Made by a program: the position numbers and the translations under genes | Shown here: positions 1 to 12,095 of the stretch, in pieces | Numbering within the stretch: the stretch's first letter is position 1 | How the letters are laid out: each line of letters opens with the position of its first letter | The notes under the pieces: model-generated | What the model was told of the DNA's origin: nothing | The model's database searches: none | The model's input: the letters and a program-made list of their open reading frames with translations, nothing else | Assembly (NCBI GenBank): GCA_977020255.1 | Contig: CDROCS010001137.1 | Coordinates: forward strand, 248,001-312,000 | DNA from: Obrimoposthia wandeli | Lineage: Eukaryota | Direction: 5' to 3' | DNA: 64,000 nt

Positions 1-720
1 ATGATATTCTTTTTTTTTCTCTTTAACTGCGTTTTGACATTTATACCTTATAACCATTTATTTTATTACATAATTAAATAATTAACACAATTCACAAACA
101 AGTCCCACAGTCACACATCACCGCAATCCACACAACTCACACAGTTTGCAAAACAAAGATAGGGTGTACTTGTTTTATTTACAAAGGATAATGGCGAAAT
201 TAAGCAGTGGCATCTTTCATATAAACCAGTCTTGTATGACAAAGAATGTTTGCAAAATTATTCTCAAAAATTAGAGGATATGGTAATTATAGTCAAAAAA
301 GTAATGGATAGCGTCTGGTTCGTGTTTTGCTAATAAATTTCATGTTAACTAAATTGGAGGAACGAGTTGGCACTAGAAGTTCATTTTGTTGTCAAGCCAA
401 TCCCTAAAGTTGAGTATGGCCTAGCAACTACTGCCATTAACAGTTGAGGGCCTGGCAGGGCATTGGCTTGTGTTAGCAAGCCAGCTTTAAAAAAGTCGAG
501 AGTTGCTTATTGTAATCTGAAGGACTTTTTTAATAGGTAATGATTATTGTTTTGTTAAAGGACTTATTTTTATAGAAAAAATTGAAGAAAAACGTATTTG
601 TATTCAAACAATATGAAGAAACAACGAGTACTAGTACCTGTACATCAGGAACAAATAAATATGTTAATGAAGAAATAAAACATAAATAGAGACGCCCAAA
701 ATCAACATAATAGAAAACCA

Positions 721-2200
721 ATGCCAAGGTTTTCCTTAAAACAAATACCTGAAAGAAAATATAATTTATCCAAGGGACTGCCTGTTACAAAAAGTGAAGA
801 ACTTCAGCTTGAAGCATGTTTTTGTTGTCGTGAAAAAGATCATTTCCGAAATCAATGTCCTCTAAATCCCAAATGTTTGATTTTCGGAAAGGAAAGTCAC
901 AATTTCAACAGCTACTATCTTTAAAAAAACACATAAAACTTCAATAGTACTTTGTATAGGAAAAGAAGTGGGAGAAAATAATGAATATTAAGAAGATTGT
1001 AATAATGACGATATGATAATACATCATGTTAATCCGGGAAACGTGAGCGATCCCATAGATCATATTTCGTCGGTGGGATCGAGCATATAGAACCAAAAGG
1101 AATGAGAAGATGTATATAAAATGATGGTTGTGAATGGAGTATAATGAAGATTAATGATGTAGATGTGGAGATGCTGTGGGACTCCGGAGCATCAGTTACT
1201 GTAATGAGTAAGGATTGTTGGAAGAAAGTAGGATGTCACTATGATAGAGAGTAATTTATATCTGAGTGGAGTTTTTCGAATAGTCATCAATAGCCTTTGG
1301 GTAGGTTTAATACTAAAGTGCTATGGAATGGAAAGGAAAAGGTTTTGGAAATAATTGTTGTACAAGAAATTAATCCAGATTTTATTGGTGGAATCGATAC
1401 AATGAAAACATTCAGGATAAAGCTGCAGGAAGTATGCAATTTGGACTCATCTTGCATGATGAAAACATTTTCCTCGAAAGAAAGAACATATAAAATATGT
1501 AATTCTTTAAAATGCGATAGACTCAATTCTAGGACATTATATTGAAGAATTTGGGGAAATATTTATGTGTTCTAGATTTGATGTTGGATATACCAAAATT
1601 GTCTCATAAGATTGAAACTATTGCCGATCCAATTTGTCAAAATCCTAGACTACAACCGATGCATATAGAAAACCAAGCTGATGAAATGATTGAAAATTTA
1701 CTCAATGTAAACCCAATTAGGCGCTGTGAAAGTCCTTGGAACTCGCCATTGGTAATTGTGAAGAAACCAGACAATACACTTCAAATGTGTGTTGACTACA
1801 GACATTTGAATGCTGTAACTAAGAAGTTTACATTTACCCATACCGGAAGCTCAACTTTTGTTCGATTGTCCAGATAATTCAAAAATATTTACGACATTAT
1901 ATATTGGACAAATTTATTACCTTTAAGATCTAGAGAATGAGTCTCAAACAAAACGGCTTTCAGTACAAAATTGAGACAATTTTGTTTCAATCAGTTGACA
2001 TTTGGGTTGGCTACAGCACCGGGAACATTCCAGAGTTTGATGCATAAAATATTGGATGGATTGCTGTTTAAAGGAACAATTGTATATCTGGATGATATAC
2101 TTATTTATAGTAACAACCAAGAAGAAAATTATAAATTATTAAGATAAGTATTCAAAAAAATTGCAGCTACAGGCCTCAAAATAAACCCTAATAAATTAAT
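721..2200 (+). mobile_element. Decayed Ty3/gypsy LTR retrotransposon gag-pol fragment (zinc knuckles, protease, RT)
   Basis: CFCCREKDHFRNQC knuckle (ORF 721); protease LWDSGASVTVMS near 1170-1210; RT SPWNSPLVIVKK..CVDYRHLN (ORF 1542); FGLATAPGTFQ and YLDD near 2000-2100; many stops and frameshifts. Confidence 0.9.
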
Positions 2201-2319
2201 AGTTCCTCATCATGTGGTAATAGAACTGCTGATCTTAAGTTTCGTGCAACGCCAGAAGCTATTTTTTAATAAAAATAATTTAAAATCTTTTTACATTTTC
2301 CCACCTTTAAAAAAATAAT

Positions 2320-2640
2320 TTTATTAAGTAGATACCTCATTTTTGAACCGTAACTTTTATGAATCATCCACAGTTTTCTTTTTTGATGAAGATGAATTTT
2401 GTTTAAAATATTTAGAAAATATAGTTGTCAAAGAAAGCGAAGATATCAAATCTGGTTATAAAATAATTTTCACATTTGGTCAAAACTACTTTAAAAATAA
2501 TACTATCGTCAAACAGTTTAATATTAATGAAGGAGGTGAAGCTTCAGACTCTACTAAAATTGATTGGTTCTCATGGAAGGATCCAACAACTAAACAACAA
2601 AATTAATAAGTTAATAAATCTCACTTCAAGTCGTATTTTT
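2320..2640 (+). pseudogene. SET: Fragment of SET/TAF-I (NAP-family histone chaperone) gene
   Basis: IPHF*TVTFMNHPQ, then (frameshift) EDEFCLKYLENIVVKESEDIKSGYKIIFTFGQNYFKNNTIVKQFNINEGGEASDSTKIDW, recognisably matching the SET NAP domain (IPNFW..F.NHPQ...EFEDIKSGYRI.F.F..N.YF.N..L.KEF). Confidence 0.8.
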
Positions 2641-2900
2641 TGATAGAGAGCAGTAAAGTCCGAGTGATAGAGTACGCGGATAGGTGTAGTAGGAGAGAGA
2701 TACCAGAAAAAGTAAAATACTCAGGGGAGTACTTGTTAGAATCGGACGGCAAGTACATAAAACCAGACGACGTGATACAAGGCGGTGCAAACATCAGAGT
2801 AATTCCGAAACTGAAAGGTGGGATGGATCAAGAGGAAAGGATAACCAGAATGGAAATATTATTAGCTGGATATGAGTGGATTAGTGGACAGAAGCTCGAG
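2640..2900 (+). CDS. Putative ubiquitin-like leader ending LKGG, fused to a downstream ORF remnant
   Basis: 61-aa segment ending DGKYIKPDDVIQGGANIRVIPKLKGG followed directly by MDQEER; resembles the ubiquitin C-terminus LVLRLRGG. Confidence 0.4.
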
Positions 2901-3109
2901 ATACGGCCGAAGACCAAGACAAATGTGTTGGGGTTTCTATTTGAAATTCTTCAATTAGATCCTCGTATGCAGGACCCCAACGTGAGTTCTGCAGCGATAG
3001 GGCTTACAGATGGATGTGGCCTATCTATTCGTGTCCTACTTAATTCTAGTCTCACTCTGAAGGTTTTGTGTCTTATTTTTTTGTGGTGTGTTCAAGGAGT
3101 TGTGTTCAC

Positions 3110-3590
3110 AGATTTGCTAGTAAGTCCATTAGCTCCATTACCCAGTCTGAGATTCGAAGAACCTTTGCGCACGTTCGGGAATGTAGAAGTTGAATATGCC
3201 AGGCCATTTATGAAGAAACAAGGAAGAGAAAATGTAAAGTTAAAATGTATCCATGCCTGTTTACCTGTCTAAAAACATGAACATTGCACTTAGAGTTAGC
3301 TCATGGTTTAGATGTTGATGCGTTCATAAGAGCATTTAAAAGATTTATTGATAGACGAGAACGACCTAGGACATATAATGGATAACGGAACCAATATTAT
3401 AGATGTAATAAATGAATTAAAATAGTTAAAGAATGATAGTTACAAAATACAGAAAATTTTAGCGATGAAGGATATACGATGGGTCTTCAATTCACCACAT
3501 ACACCAAATTTTGGAAGAGTTTTCGAAATCATAGTGAAAGCTGCAAAAATAGCAATATTTAAGATTTTGAAAGACGTGGTATTGATTGAT
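3110..3590 (+). mobile_element. BEL/Pao LTR retrotransposon integrase remnant
   Basis: LAPLPSLRFEEP..FGNV.V.YA.PF; LHLELAHGLDVDAFIRAFKRFIDRR; DNGTN; WVFNSPHTPNFGRVFE. Confidence 0.85.
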
Positions 3591-3689
3591 AACAAGGTTA
3601 GTATTGTATTATAAAATAGTATTACTTTAAGAATTATATGCTAGTATTATATAATATATCAATTTTATTATTTTATTTAAATAGATAAA

Positions 3690-5810
3690 CATGTTATTAT
3701 CAAAGTTTGATAAAATTCAAAGAAATGTTAAAGTTATACAATTAGAGGCACTTCTCAATCAACCATTAAATATTAGCAATAACAATTCAAAGATAATTAC
3801 CAAAGAAGACAATGAATTTTATCAATAATTTCCCCTCCTTCACCATGATGCCAATAAATATTTTTGAAACTAGAATTGAAAATAGATTCATTTTGTAACA
3901 ATTTACATACGAAATGTGTCTCCACTTCCACTGGGACCAACTATTTCAAATACGTCATAAATATTTAGATCCATTACATATACTCTTTCATTTTTAATAT
4001 TGTTTATATTATCATAGAAGTTTCCTCATTGAAATGTACAATGTTAGAGCTATTGTAGATGAAATACAAAAATTAATTTATGAATATTTGGTTATAATTT
4101 TATTTATTTGTGTACGATTTCTAAATTCTCGATTAACGTGTGATCTAACCAAATTTTAACAACATCTGATATTTATCAATTTAAAATATTTTAGTATATT
4201 ATGTACCTGATTATGTATATGAAGGAAATTATTTTCATAGTGAAAGTGATCCGAGTCTGGCCTTTAGATATGACCTTGATTATTTGATTGATTCACGTTT
4301 AGATGGAGAAATATGCAATATTTCAACAGGGCTTAATGGATACTATGTTGGTGGTGATGAAAACATACAACCTCTTTGGAATTTGGGTGAATCTAATATG
4401 GTGTTTTATATTTGTTGGGAATGGTATGTACGTACTCGCTGTATCGGGCTTGATATGATCATATAAATATTTGAATTTTTGTGAGAATATGTTTTTAAGA
4501 ATAATTAGTGTTTTGAGATTTTTGAGTTTTTAAAAATTCAATTAATATTAATTAGTAAATTTAAGTATAATTATTCAAAATGCCAACGATTGAGCGACAC
4601 GTTTTAAGAAACCGCAACGACTAGCCCTTTTGGCAGTTTCATGCTCTTCAGGCGGCCAAAGCGGTTTTATCTTCTATTTCACAATAAATATTTACCGCGA
4701 AGAAGAAGATAAGACAGTTTTCTTTAAAAATGTGGTGACTGAAGGTTTATTTTCCTGGAGGGAGTCGCCCAAGTTGCGCAATTCGGCTGAGATGCAGCGG
4801 TAAATCTCGACAGCAGTCTTTGTCGCCGTTATCTCCGGATCAACTGTTAAACTGATTAGCATAAAACCCATTCTCTTATTCATGTCTTTCATATACTTTC
4901 CCATCTATCCTCTCATACATCCTCTCATCCATCCTCTCATACATACTCTCATCCATCCTTTCATTTACACTTCCTCTCGCTCTCTGGATCATTTAGCAAT
5001 TTTTTGTGTATTGGTACCAGTGATATCTATCGCGTCTCAGCTGCTGAACCGGGAATTTCCAGCACAAAATCCCATCTACCCAAGTGCAGAACCAACCGCG
5101 ATAATTCCCGGCTGCACATGTGTGTGCAGAACTGGGAATTCTCTGTTTTGACTAGCGCCCATTCAGAGACCTATAAATAAACAGTGGATAAAAAATGATC
5201 TACAAAAATTTACTTTTGATTGAATTTCCATCCTTTTCTAAAAATAGATTTGCACAAATTGATTTTTTGAGCAACTTTGATTTTTGCCTCAAATTGCCTA
5301 TCAGACAAAAATATTATGAATTTTCTTACTTTTCTAATTACTGTGCCTGGAAATCCCAAGGTGGAAACATAAGATCTCTTACAGAAAACTATTTATTACA
5401 TTTCAACTCAATCAGAAGCGATAACGGAAAATCTAATCTTTACATTATACGAATAAAATATTATTGGATTCTTTACATTTTATTTTTAGATACAATATAT
5501 ATTTGTGTTGATTTAATAAATGTATTGAAATTAATTTTTGTCTTGTATTTTGTTTTTCTACTAAAATATATGTATGAACTATTTATATTTGTCATTCACC
5601 TACTTCTAACAGGAGTAAGAAATGTAGTTATTTATTCATACCAAATTATCATCTAAAATCTCTTCTACGACAAGTTGATACTATCTGGATTCCTGTGGTC
5701 TTCTATAATCACTTTGATATCTTTTGGAGGTCAGATGTGGAATTCATACACACATACACTTAATTTCACTTCATAAACAAATACACGATTTAAAGAACAC
5801 TGGTGTCCCA
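3690..5810. mobile_element. Diverged, internally deleted right-arm remnant of the Polinton family at 36731-54041
   Basis: 3890-4140 aligns to 51335-51600 (ATPase start, with IVGPSGSG); 4150-4520 aligns to 53255-53520; 5680-5810 aligns to the subterminal/TIR region 53685-53885; 4560-5500 is unrelated intervening DNA. Confidence 0.8.
4906..4958. repeat. 12-bp tandem repeat (CATCCTCTCAT[A/C]) x about 4.5
   Basis: Directly visible periodicity. Confidence 0.85.
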
Positions 5811-6254
5811 TTAGAGGAAAGTGAAAAGTTGGATTAAATCAAAAATATCCACTTACTGTTAATCCATTACAGTAGTATATGATTCAGAAATAAATGTTGC
5901 TACAAATTTTAAAAAAATTGAAGAAGAAGCTGTTTTTGTAGATAATGATTTAAAATCCTGTTGCAAAATATAAACGAAGTTCAATAATTCGTCTATACAA
6001 CCACCGAGTTTTGTCTAAAATAATAATTCTTTTAATACATACAGGTGTTTTGCCTTTCAAAACACCTTTACTTAAGTAATCAAATTCTTTATGAATGTTC
6101 AAAATTATCGTGATGTATTTTATTTAACAATTGTGAACAGCTGTCTTGCCCGATTTGAAATTTGAAAAAATTATACCGAATGAAGATGCTTATAATATAT
6201 CGGACGTTATATGTGAAATTTTCTTAAAAAGAGGACCAGTAAAATAATTTTTAT

Positions 6255-6812
6255 TTGACAATTCAAGAACTTTGCAAATTCTGGGGAGTGAGCCTACCTT
6301 TCAGGTGTGTGTATCGTCCTCAGATAAATGGGATAGTAGAGCGAAACCATAAAACAATCAAGAGAAAGGATGCGCAAACTAAAAGAAGCTCAATTGAAAT
6401 GGTATACATTTATAACACCACTCCAAAATTCAAGCAAGATAGTGCTACGGTTCCAGCTAGACTACAGTGGAAAAAAGAATGGATTGAGAAAAAGGTTTCT
6501 CCTCAAGATCATGATCAAGAGATTGAAGTCTCTTCGAGCAGCCCTGGTGACCAAGTCTACGTCAAGCCTACAGATGGAAGGTGCACAATAGGAACAGTGA
6601 CAGAGACAAATTCTTCGACCAACATAGATGTCGATAGCATCCTGCGTCATGTCTCCCATATTAGGCCGACTGCGACAGAGGTTATTGAAGAAACGAACAA
6701 GAATTGTAATCTTGTGGCCCCACGAGACGAGCAAGCAGTAGACGCAGACGGTCCAGCTCTAAGGTTCGGAGAAGTGAAGAGAATACCAGCGTACCTTTCA
6801 GACTACTTGTAA
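6255..6812 (+). mobile_element. Orphan Ty3/gypsy-type integrase C-terminal fragment
   Basis: FCKFWGV...YRPQINGIVERNHKTIKR catalytic E region, GDQVYVK, and a C-terminal IPAYLSDY tail. Confidence 0.85.
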
Positions 6813-7118
6813 TGATGTCATACAACTTCACGAGGGCCAGTGAATAATTTGTTTAAATATTCAGATTTGAGTAGTGGAGTTTGAAAAGTTGAATACAAGT
6901 GAATTCTTTTAGACATCTTTAATTTGTACTATGGAACAATAAAGTTTTGATTTTATATTAGTTTGTGAGTTTTGGAAGAATGTTTTTAGCAAATTGACAA
7001 GGAATTGTATTTTAGATTCTTAAGTTTTTATATTTGTCAATCCTAATTTTATTTGTAATATATTTTATTTTGTAATGTTTCTTCATATAGATATAAAAAT
7101 ACTTTTGTAAATATGAAC

Positions 7119-7217
7119 TGTTGTTTGAAGTCTTGTTTTAATATTCTATAATCCGTGAAACGGCAGAATTTAAATATATCTTTCTCCAAGCCATCTTGGA
7201 TTTGCGATTTGTCTACA
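7119..7217 (+). repeat. 5' LTR (99 bp)
   Basis: TGTTGTTTGAAG...GTCTACA; about 96% identical to 15971-16069. Confidence 0.9.
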
Positions 7218-7230
7218 AGCTATTTCGGCT

Positions 7231-7799
7231 ATGAAGGAATTGGAGAGCATCAGCATTTTCGATGGGACGTCGAATGTGGATGAGTGGATTAGTGAGATCA
7301 AAATGAAAACTGATCTGCTTGGACTGGAGAAAAAATTAAGTTCAATTATTCCGTTGAGAATGAAAAGTGAAGCCTTAATGATGTTTATGAATTTAGAAGA
7401 AGACAAAAAGAAGGACGCATAATCATTATGAAGCGATTATGAGATACCTATGGGATGGGTCAGCTCGAGGCGTTTAAACGATTCAGTCAAAGAAAGTGGC
7501 ACCTCGGAGAATCAATCGATCGGTTCGCGTCAGAATTGAAAAGTTTGGCATCAGAGATCGGTATGGGAGATAATATTGTGAAATTGGCGCTAGTCGATGG
7601 CCTGCCTTCAGACACTTCAGAAGCTCTGGAAATTTCGACGAAGTGTGGAAACTGTTCCTTAGAGCAAGTTATAGCTGAAGCCCGGGCTAGGATGATGAAA
7701 CAAATTGGAATTGAAGGTATCTTCCAAGTTGGAGCTGTTGCAGCTCATCATAGAAAAAGAATAATTAGTTCAGGAATCAAATGCTTCCGATGTAGAGAT
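7231..7799 (+). pseudogene. gag: gag (capsid-like region plus first half of CCHC knuckle)
   Basis: FDGTSNVDEW...; KCFRC is cut at 7799 and resumes GDEGHVSRN at 14608. Confidence 0.85.
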
Positions 7800-9329
7800 A
7801 GTAGGGAGATGTGATGACTTCGACTTAAGGCAATAGATCACCCCTTGCGAAAACTTAAAAAAATTTGGTGCAAATTTCAAAACTAAAATTTTAAGGTCAA
7901 TGTCAAAAGTAGGTCAAGGTCATTATGTGGGTCAAATTTCTCCCAAGTACACATTATATTTTAAGGTCAAGGTAATTTTAAGGTCATTACGTACTATAGT
8001 ACGTCTATTTTCAGCTAATGTTTGTTTAAATGCATCAATTTTGATTGGTGCGTATTCAAATTTCGGTTTATTTAGGGTGTTTCTTTGAAGTCGATTTCTG
8101 AAGGTCATTCTCAATTAAGGTTATAATTTTTAAATTTGCATATGATTTTAAAGTCAAGGTCATGACCTACTATTTAAAAAAAGTTCTTTTGTTTTAATAC
8201 ATCAATTTTGATGCGCGCAAATTCAAAATTCAAAACTTTTGCGCACAAAAACATATTTTCTGAGAAATTTTTTGTAAAACCTATTTAAAGAAATTTTAAC
8301 TACTTTTATTTGAGAGTAGAAAAAAGTTTTATAAATTGTTAAACTGACTTTTTTATTTTTTAAAACTTATTTTGTGTAATTGAATCTACTTTTATTTGTG
8401 AGTAGAAAACGTTTTTGTAATCTTAAGGTATTTATTACACATAACTTGCAAAAGTACATTTTTAAACCTATGAGTTAATTAAAACAAGTATTGAGAAATA
8501 AAGAGAGATTGTAAAGAATAATTTTTATTAAATATACCTTCATTATCTTACATTGTTATCATACACCATCATACGATCTTCATCATCTCTTTACAATATC
8601 ATAATTTTCATTACCCATATCCCTCATCATCTTCATTATCACAATCTTTCTTCTCATCAATTCAATCCTTCAGCTCCATGTTGTTTTCGTCATAATCCAG
8701 CATCTAATCTTCATTTCATCAATGCAATCCTTTATCGCAATCATCCATCTTGTCTTCATCTTAATCCGACATCTAAGCTGCATTATCACAATCCTCCATC
8801 TTCTTCAACATCCTCATCTAAAAATAATTATTTACAAAATAATTATTACAAACTTACCTGGAATCTAACATCAATTCATTAATTCATCTCACCATCTTCA
8901 TCTCATCAATGTAATCCCTCATCGCCATCACTCATCTTATCTTCATCCTTCATCTCATCAGAAATTATGTGTTATTTAGTGATTTTGTTATATGAGATTT
9001 GTGATATTCTAAGATGAAATTACCTAAATGTCTATCTTTATAAATATTTCTATCATAAAAATAGGATTCATGATTATAATCAATAATTTAGCTGTAACAC
9101 CCTCCGATATAATTCCACTTTTAAGTCACAGTAATTAATGGTAAAGATAATAAGAGTATTAGCGGTCAAGCTGTTTGGGTAATTTTTGAAATATCAGTTT
9201 CCCCATACTTGATAATTGATTTATAGTATATCTCTGAAATTGATCTAAGACCGTTGAAGTATCAGTTATATCTAAATATTCTGTCATTATTCGATAATTT
9301 ATATATAGATATAATATCTACTAAATAAG

Positions 9330-10822
9330 GAGTCTCTGAAATTGATGAGTTAGAAAGTATTACGAATTATAGGAAAATGGTTAAACTGGTGCTAAAGTGA
9401 ATTATTAATAGACTTATATCAATATATAAGAGAAAGTTATGATATTTAGCTGATTCTAGAAGAGACATTAATGATATGATCAGGAAATTTATGATATCTA
9501 ATCCGGTCCTAAAGTGATTTATTGATAGGCTTATATCGATATTTGAGGAAACGTTATGATATTTAGAAGCTTCTAGAGGATAAATTAATGATATATTCAG
9601 GAAATTAATGACATTTAGCTAGTTCCAAAGGATACATTAATGATATGTTCAGGACATTTATGATATCTAATTGCTCTCAAATGGTCTATTGATAAGTTTA
9701 TATCAATATATTTATGAAATTAATGATATTTAGATGATTCTAAAGGGAAATTCATAATATATTCGGGAAATGTATGATATCTTCGGGAAATCTATGTTAT
9801 CCAATCCGCCCCAAATCGTTTATTAATAGGATTATATCAATATTTGGGAAAAATCAATGATATTTAATTGGATCTAAGGGTAAAATTAATGACATGCTCA
9901 GGAAATTAATGATATATTCAAGAAATTAAAGATTTCCCTAGGAAATTCACATTATTTAGGTGCTTCTAGAGGAGAAATTTAGAGAACAGCATACATTGAT
10001 GGAGTGTGTATTTGATTCAGTTTAATAGTCTTATTGAAAATTTAACCCATATGATGATATCAGTGACTGTTCTCTAATCAATAACTTCCAACAATATGCG
10101 ATCAATATGATGGTGAAAGTTTGAATCTCTTAAATTGATTTATTGGATGTACCCGCAGATGAGTTTACAACAAGAATACCTTCGATGATATAACCTCTCA
10201 ATTTCTCATCCAAGTAAGATATTATCATAGGTTTGAGCGGGCTTTCCTATCCTTACAACTAAAAGACCGAAAGCTATTATGGAATTGATCCCGGTATGCT
10301 GCTTCAAGAAGGTATTTGCGGGTGAAGGACATTTATCGACCAACATTACTAACTCTGAGGGAGATTCTATTTTGACAAGGTCTCAATTTTCACCGGTTAC
10401 AGATTTTCCGGGTAACTAATCAATTAGATAGAGAAATAATTTGTGAGCTCTACACATTGGATGGAAGTAGATGAAAGTATCCCGAATGAATTACATGATA
10501 TACCTGAAAATCTTAGAAAATAATATTGGAAGAGTTTATTATGCAAAGAAGACTGCTTTGATCATTTTGCTTGCAAGAGACTATAAAAAAGAAATTAGTG
10601 ATACTTAGGTATTTCTAGAAGCATTAATGTTATATCTAGGAAATTTACGATATTCAGATGGAAGATATAAGAGAAAGTAATGATAATGTTCAAGGAAAGT
10701 TATGATATTTAGCTTGTTCCAGCAGTAGAATTAATGTAATAGCCAGGAAATTAACGATATTTAGATGGTTCAGGAAGAAACATTAATGATTTATTCAGGA
10801 AATCTATGATATTTAGATGCTT

Positions 10823-10868
<46 letters not shown>

Positions 10869-11460
10869 ATCAGCGCAAGCTAATGACTTGCACTTACTAG
10901 GGATTCCTCGTTCATGTGGAAAAATTGCAATCCACAATTCCTGATACGACAGTGTTTCAGCAGGTTACCCGGCCATTTCTAGCAAGGATAATCAATGGAT
11001 AATCCCATCTTCGGGAAATCAATGTCATTTAAGTGGTAAGATAAGAGAAACTAGTGATATTTAAGTGATTCTAAAAGAGAAATGTATGAAATCTTCGGGG
11101 AATCTATGGTATTTAAGTGCTTCTATAAGATAAATTATGATATCTTCAGCAAATCAACAATATTTAAATGATTATAGAAGAGAAATGATTGATATCTTCA
11201 GCAGATATATGATATTTAAGTGGTAAGAGAAGAGAGACTAATGATATGTTCAGGAAATTCATGATATTCTGATGGTTCTATAAGATAGTAATGATATCTC
11301 CGGGAAATCTATGATATTTAATTGGTTCTAAAAAAGAAATGTAGGATATCATCGGGAAATCAATGATATTTAAGTGCTTCTAGAGGAGGAATTAATGATA
11401 TGTTCATCCAATTTGATATATTTAGAAGGTTCTTGGGGAATCATATTGGAATTTTAACTC
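9330..11460. repeat. Degenerate ~55-60-bp tandem satellite
   Basis: Recurrent unit like TTCTAGAAGAGAAATTAATGATATGTTCAGGAAATTTATGATATTTAGATG, interrupted at ~9980-10560 and by the 18S piece. Confidence 0.8.
10821..10988 (-). rRNA. 18S rRNA fragment (near the 3' end), orphan
   Basis: Reverse complement contains GATTACGTCCCTGCCCTTTGTACACACCGCCCGTCGCTACTACCGATTGAA, universally conserved in eukaryotic SSU rRNA. Confidence 0.97.
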
Positions 11461-11569
11461 ATTATCCAAAGATTGCTACAGATGAAGGGTAGATTTCATA
11501 TATATAAGCCCGCATTAAGGGGAACTAAGGATTTTGATTATTATAAGGCATTTAAGATGATTAGAGGGT

Positions 11570-12095
11570 AATTTTGTGGATGTTAGGAAAGTCTTGTGGA
11601 ACTTAGGGTGATCTTGTTGTTGATCGAAAATTTCTGTGCTAGTTGAATGGTTTAAGAAGAGGAAAATAACATGGAAGTTAGGGTAATCTCGTTGTAGTTA
11701 GGGTAATATTGTAGTAGTTAGGGAATTCTCGTGGAAGTTGAGAGGTTTAAGAAGGAAAATAACGTGGAAGTTAGGATAATCCCATGGTAATTAGGGAAAT
11801 CTCGCGGAAGTTTAGAAGAAAAAATATAATAAGTATTAAACTTTAAGGAGAGAATAGCATAGAATCAATGAAATCAGAGCAATATCAAGCCTACCTCTTT
11901 CATCAAAGCAGACATAATGATGGATATTTTTAAATAACAGACATTATTTAGCTTTACTTATACATCAATTTTTATTGATTGAAATATTCTATGTTGCAGT
12001 TGTTTAAAATATTATACGTTGTAGTTGTTTAACTTTAAACATTTTGTTGTAAAAACTAAGATATTAATACTTTTGAGTTAGGGTTAGGGTTAGGG
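11570..12095 (+). repeat. Telomere-like repeats: dispersed GTTAGGG-containing units plus (TTAGGG)3
   Basis: (TTAGGG)3 at 12078-12095; gttagggtaatc / gttagggaattc / attagggaaatc units at ~11570-11800. Confidence 0.6.

Noticed and set aside
5195-5656. 153-aa ORF
   Set aside because: AT-rich F/I/L/Y-biased open frame overlapping Polinton subterminal remnant DNA; no motif
8553-8882. His/Ser-rich ORF and its mirror at 13315-13569
   Set aside because: Low-complexity TIR sequence; the two copies diverge by frameshifts; no recognisable domain
9330-11460. Repeat array with an embedded foreign (18S) piece, superficially CRISPR-like
   Set aside because: Units are contiguous and degenerate with no constant-repeat/unique-spacer alternation, no cas genes, and a eukaryotic context
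12078-12095. True chromosome end
   Set aside because: Only three TTAGGG units, internal to an element with flanks on both sides
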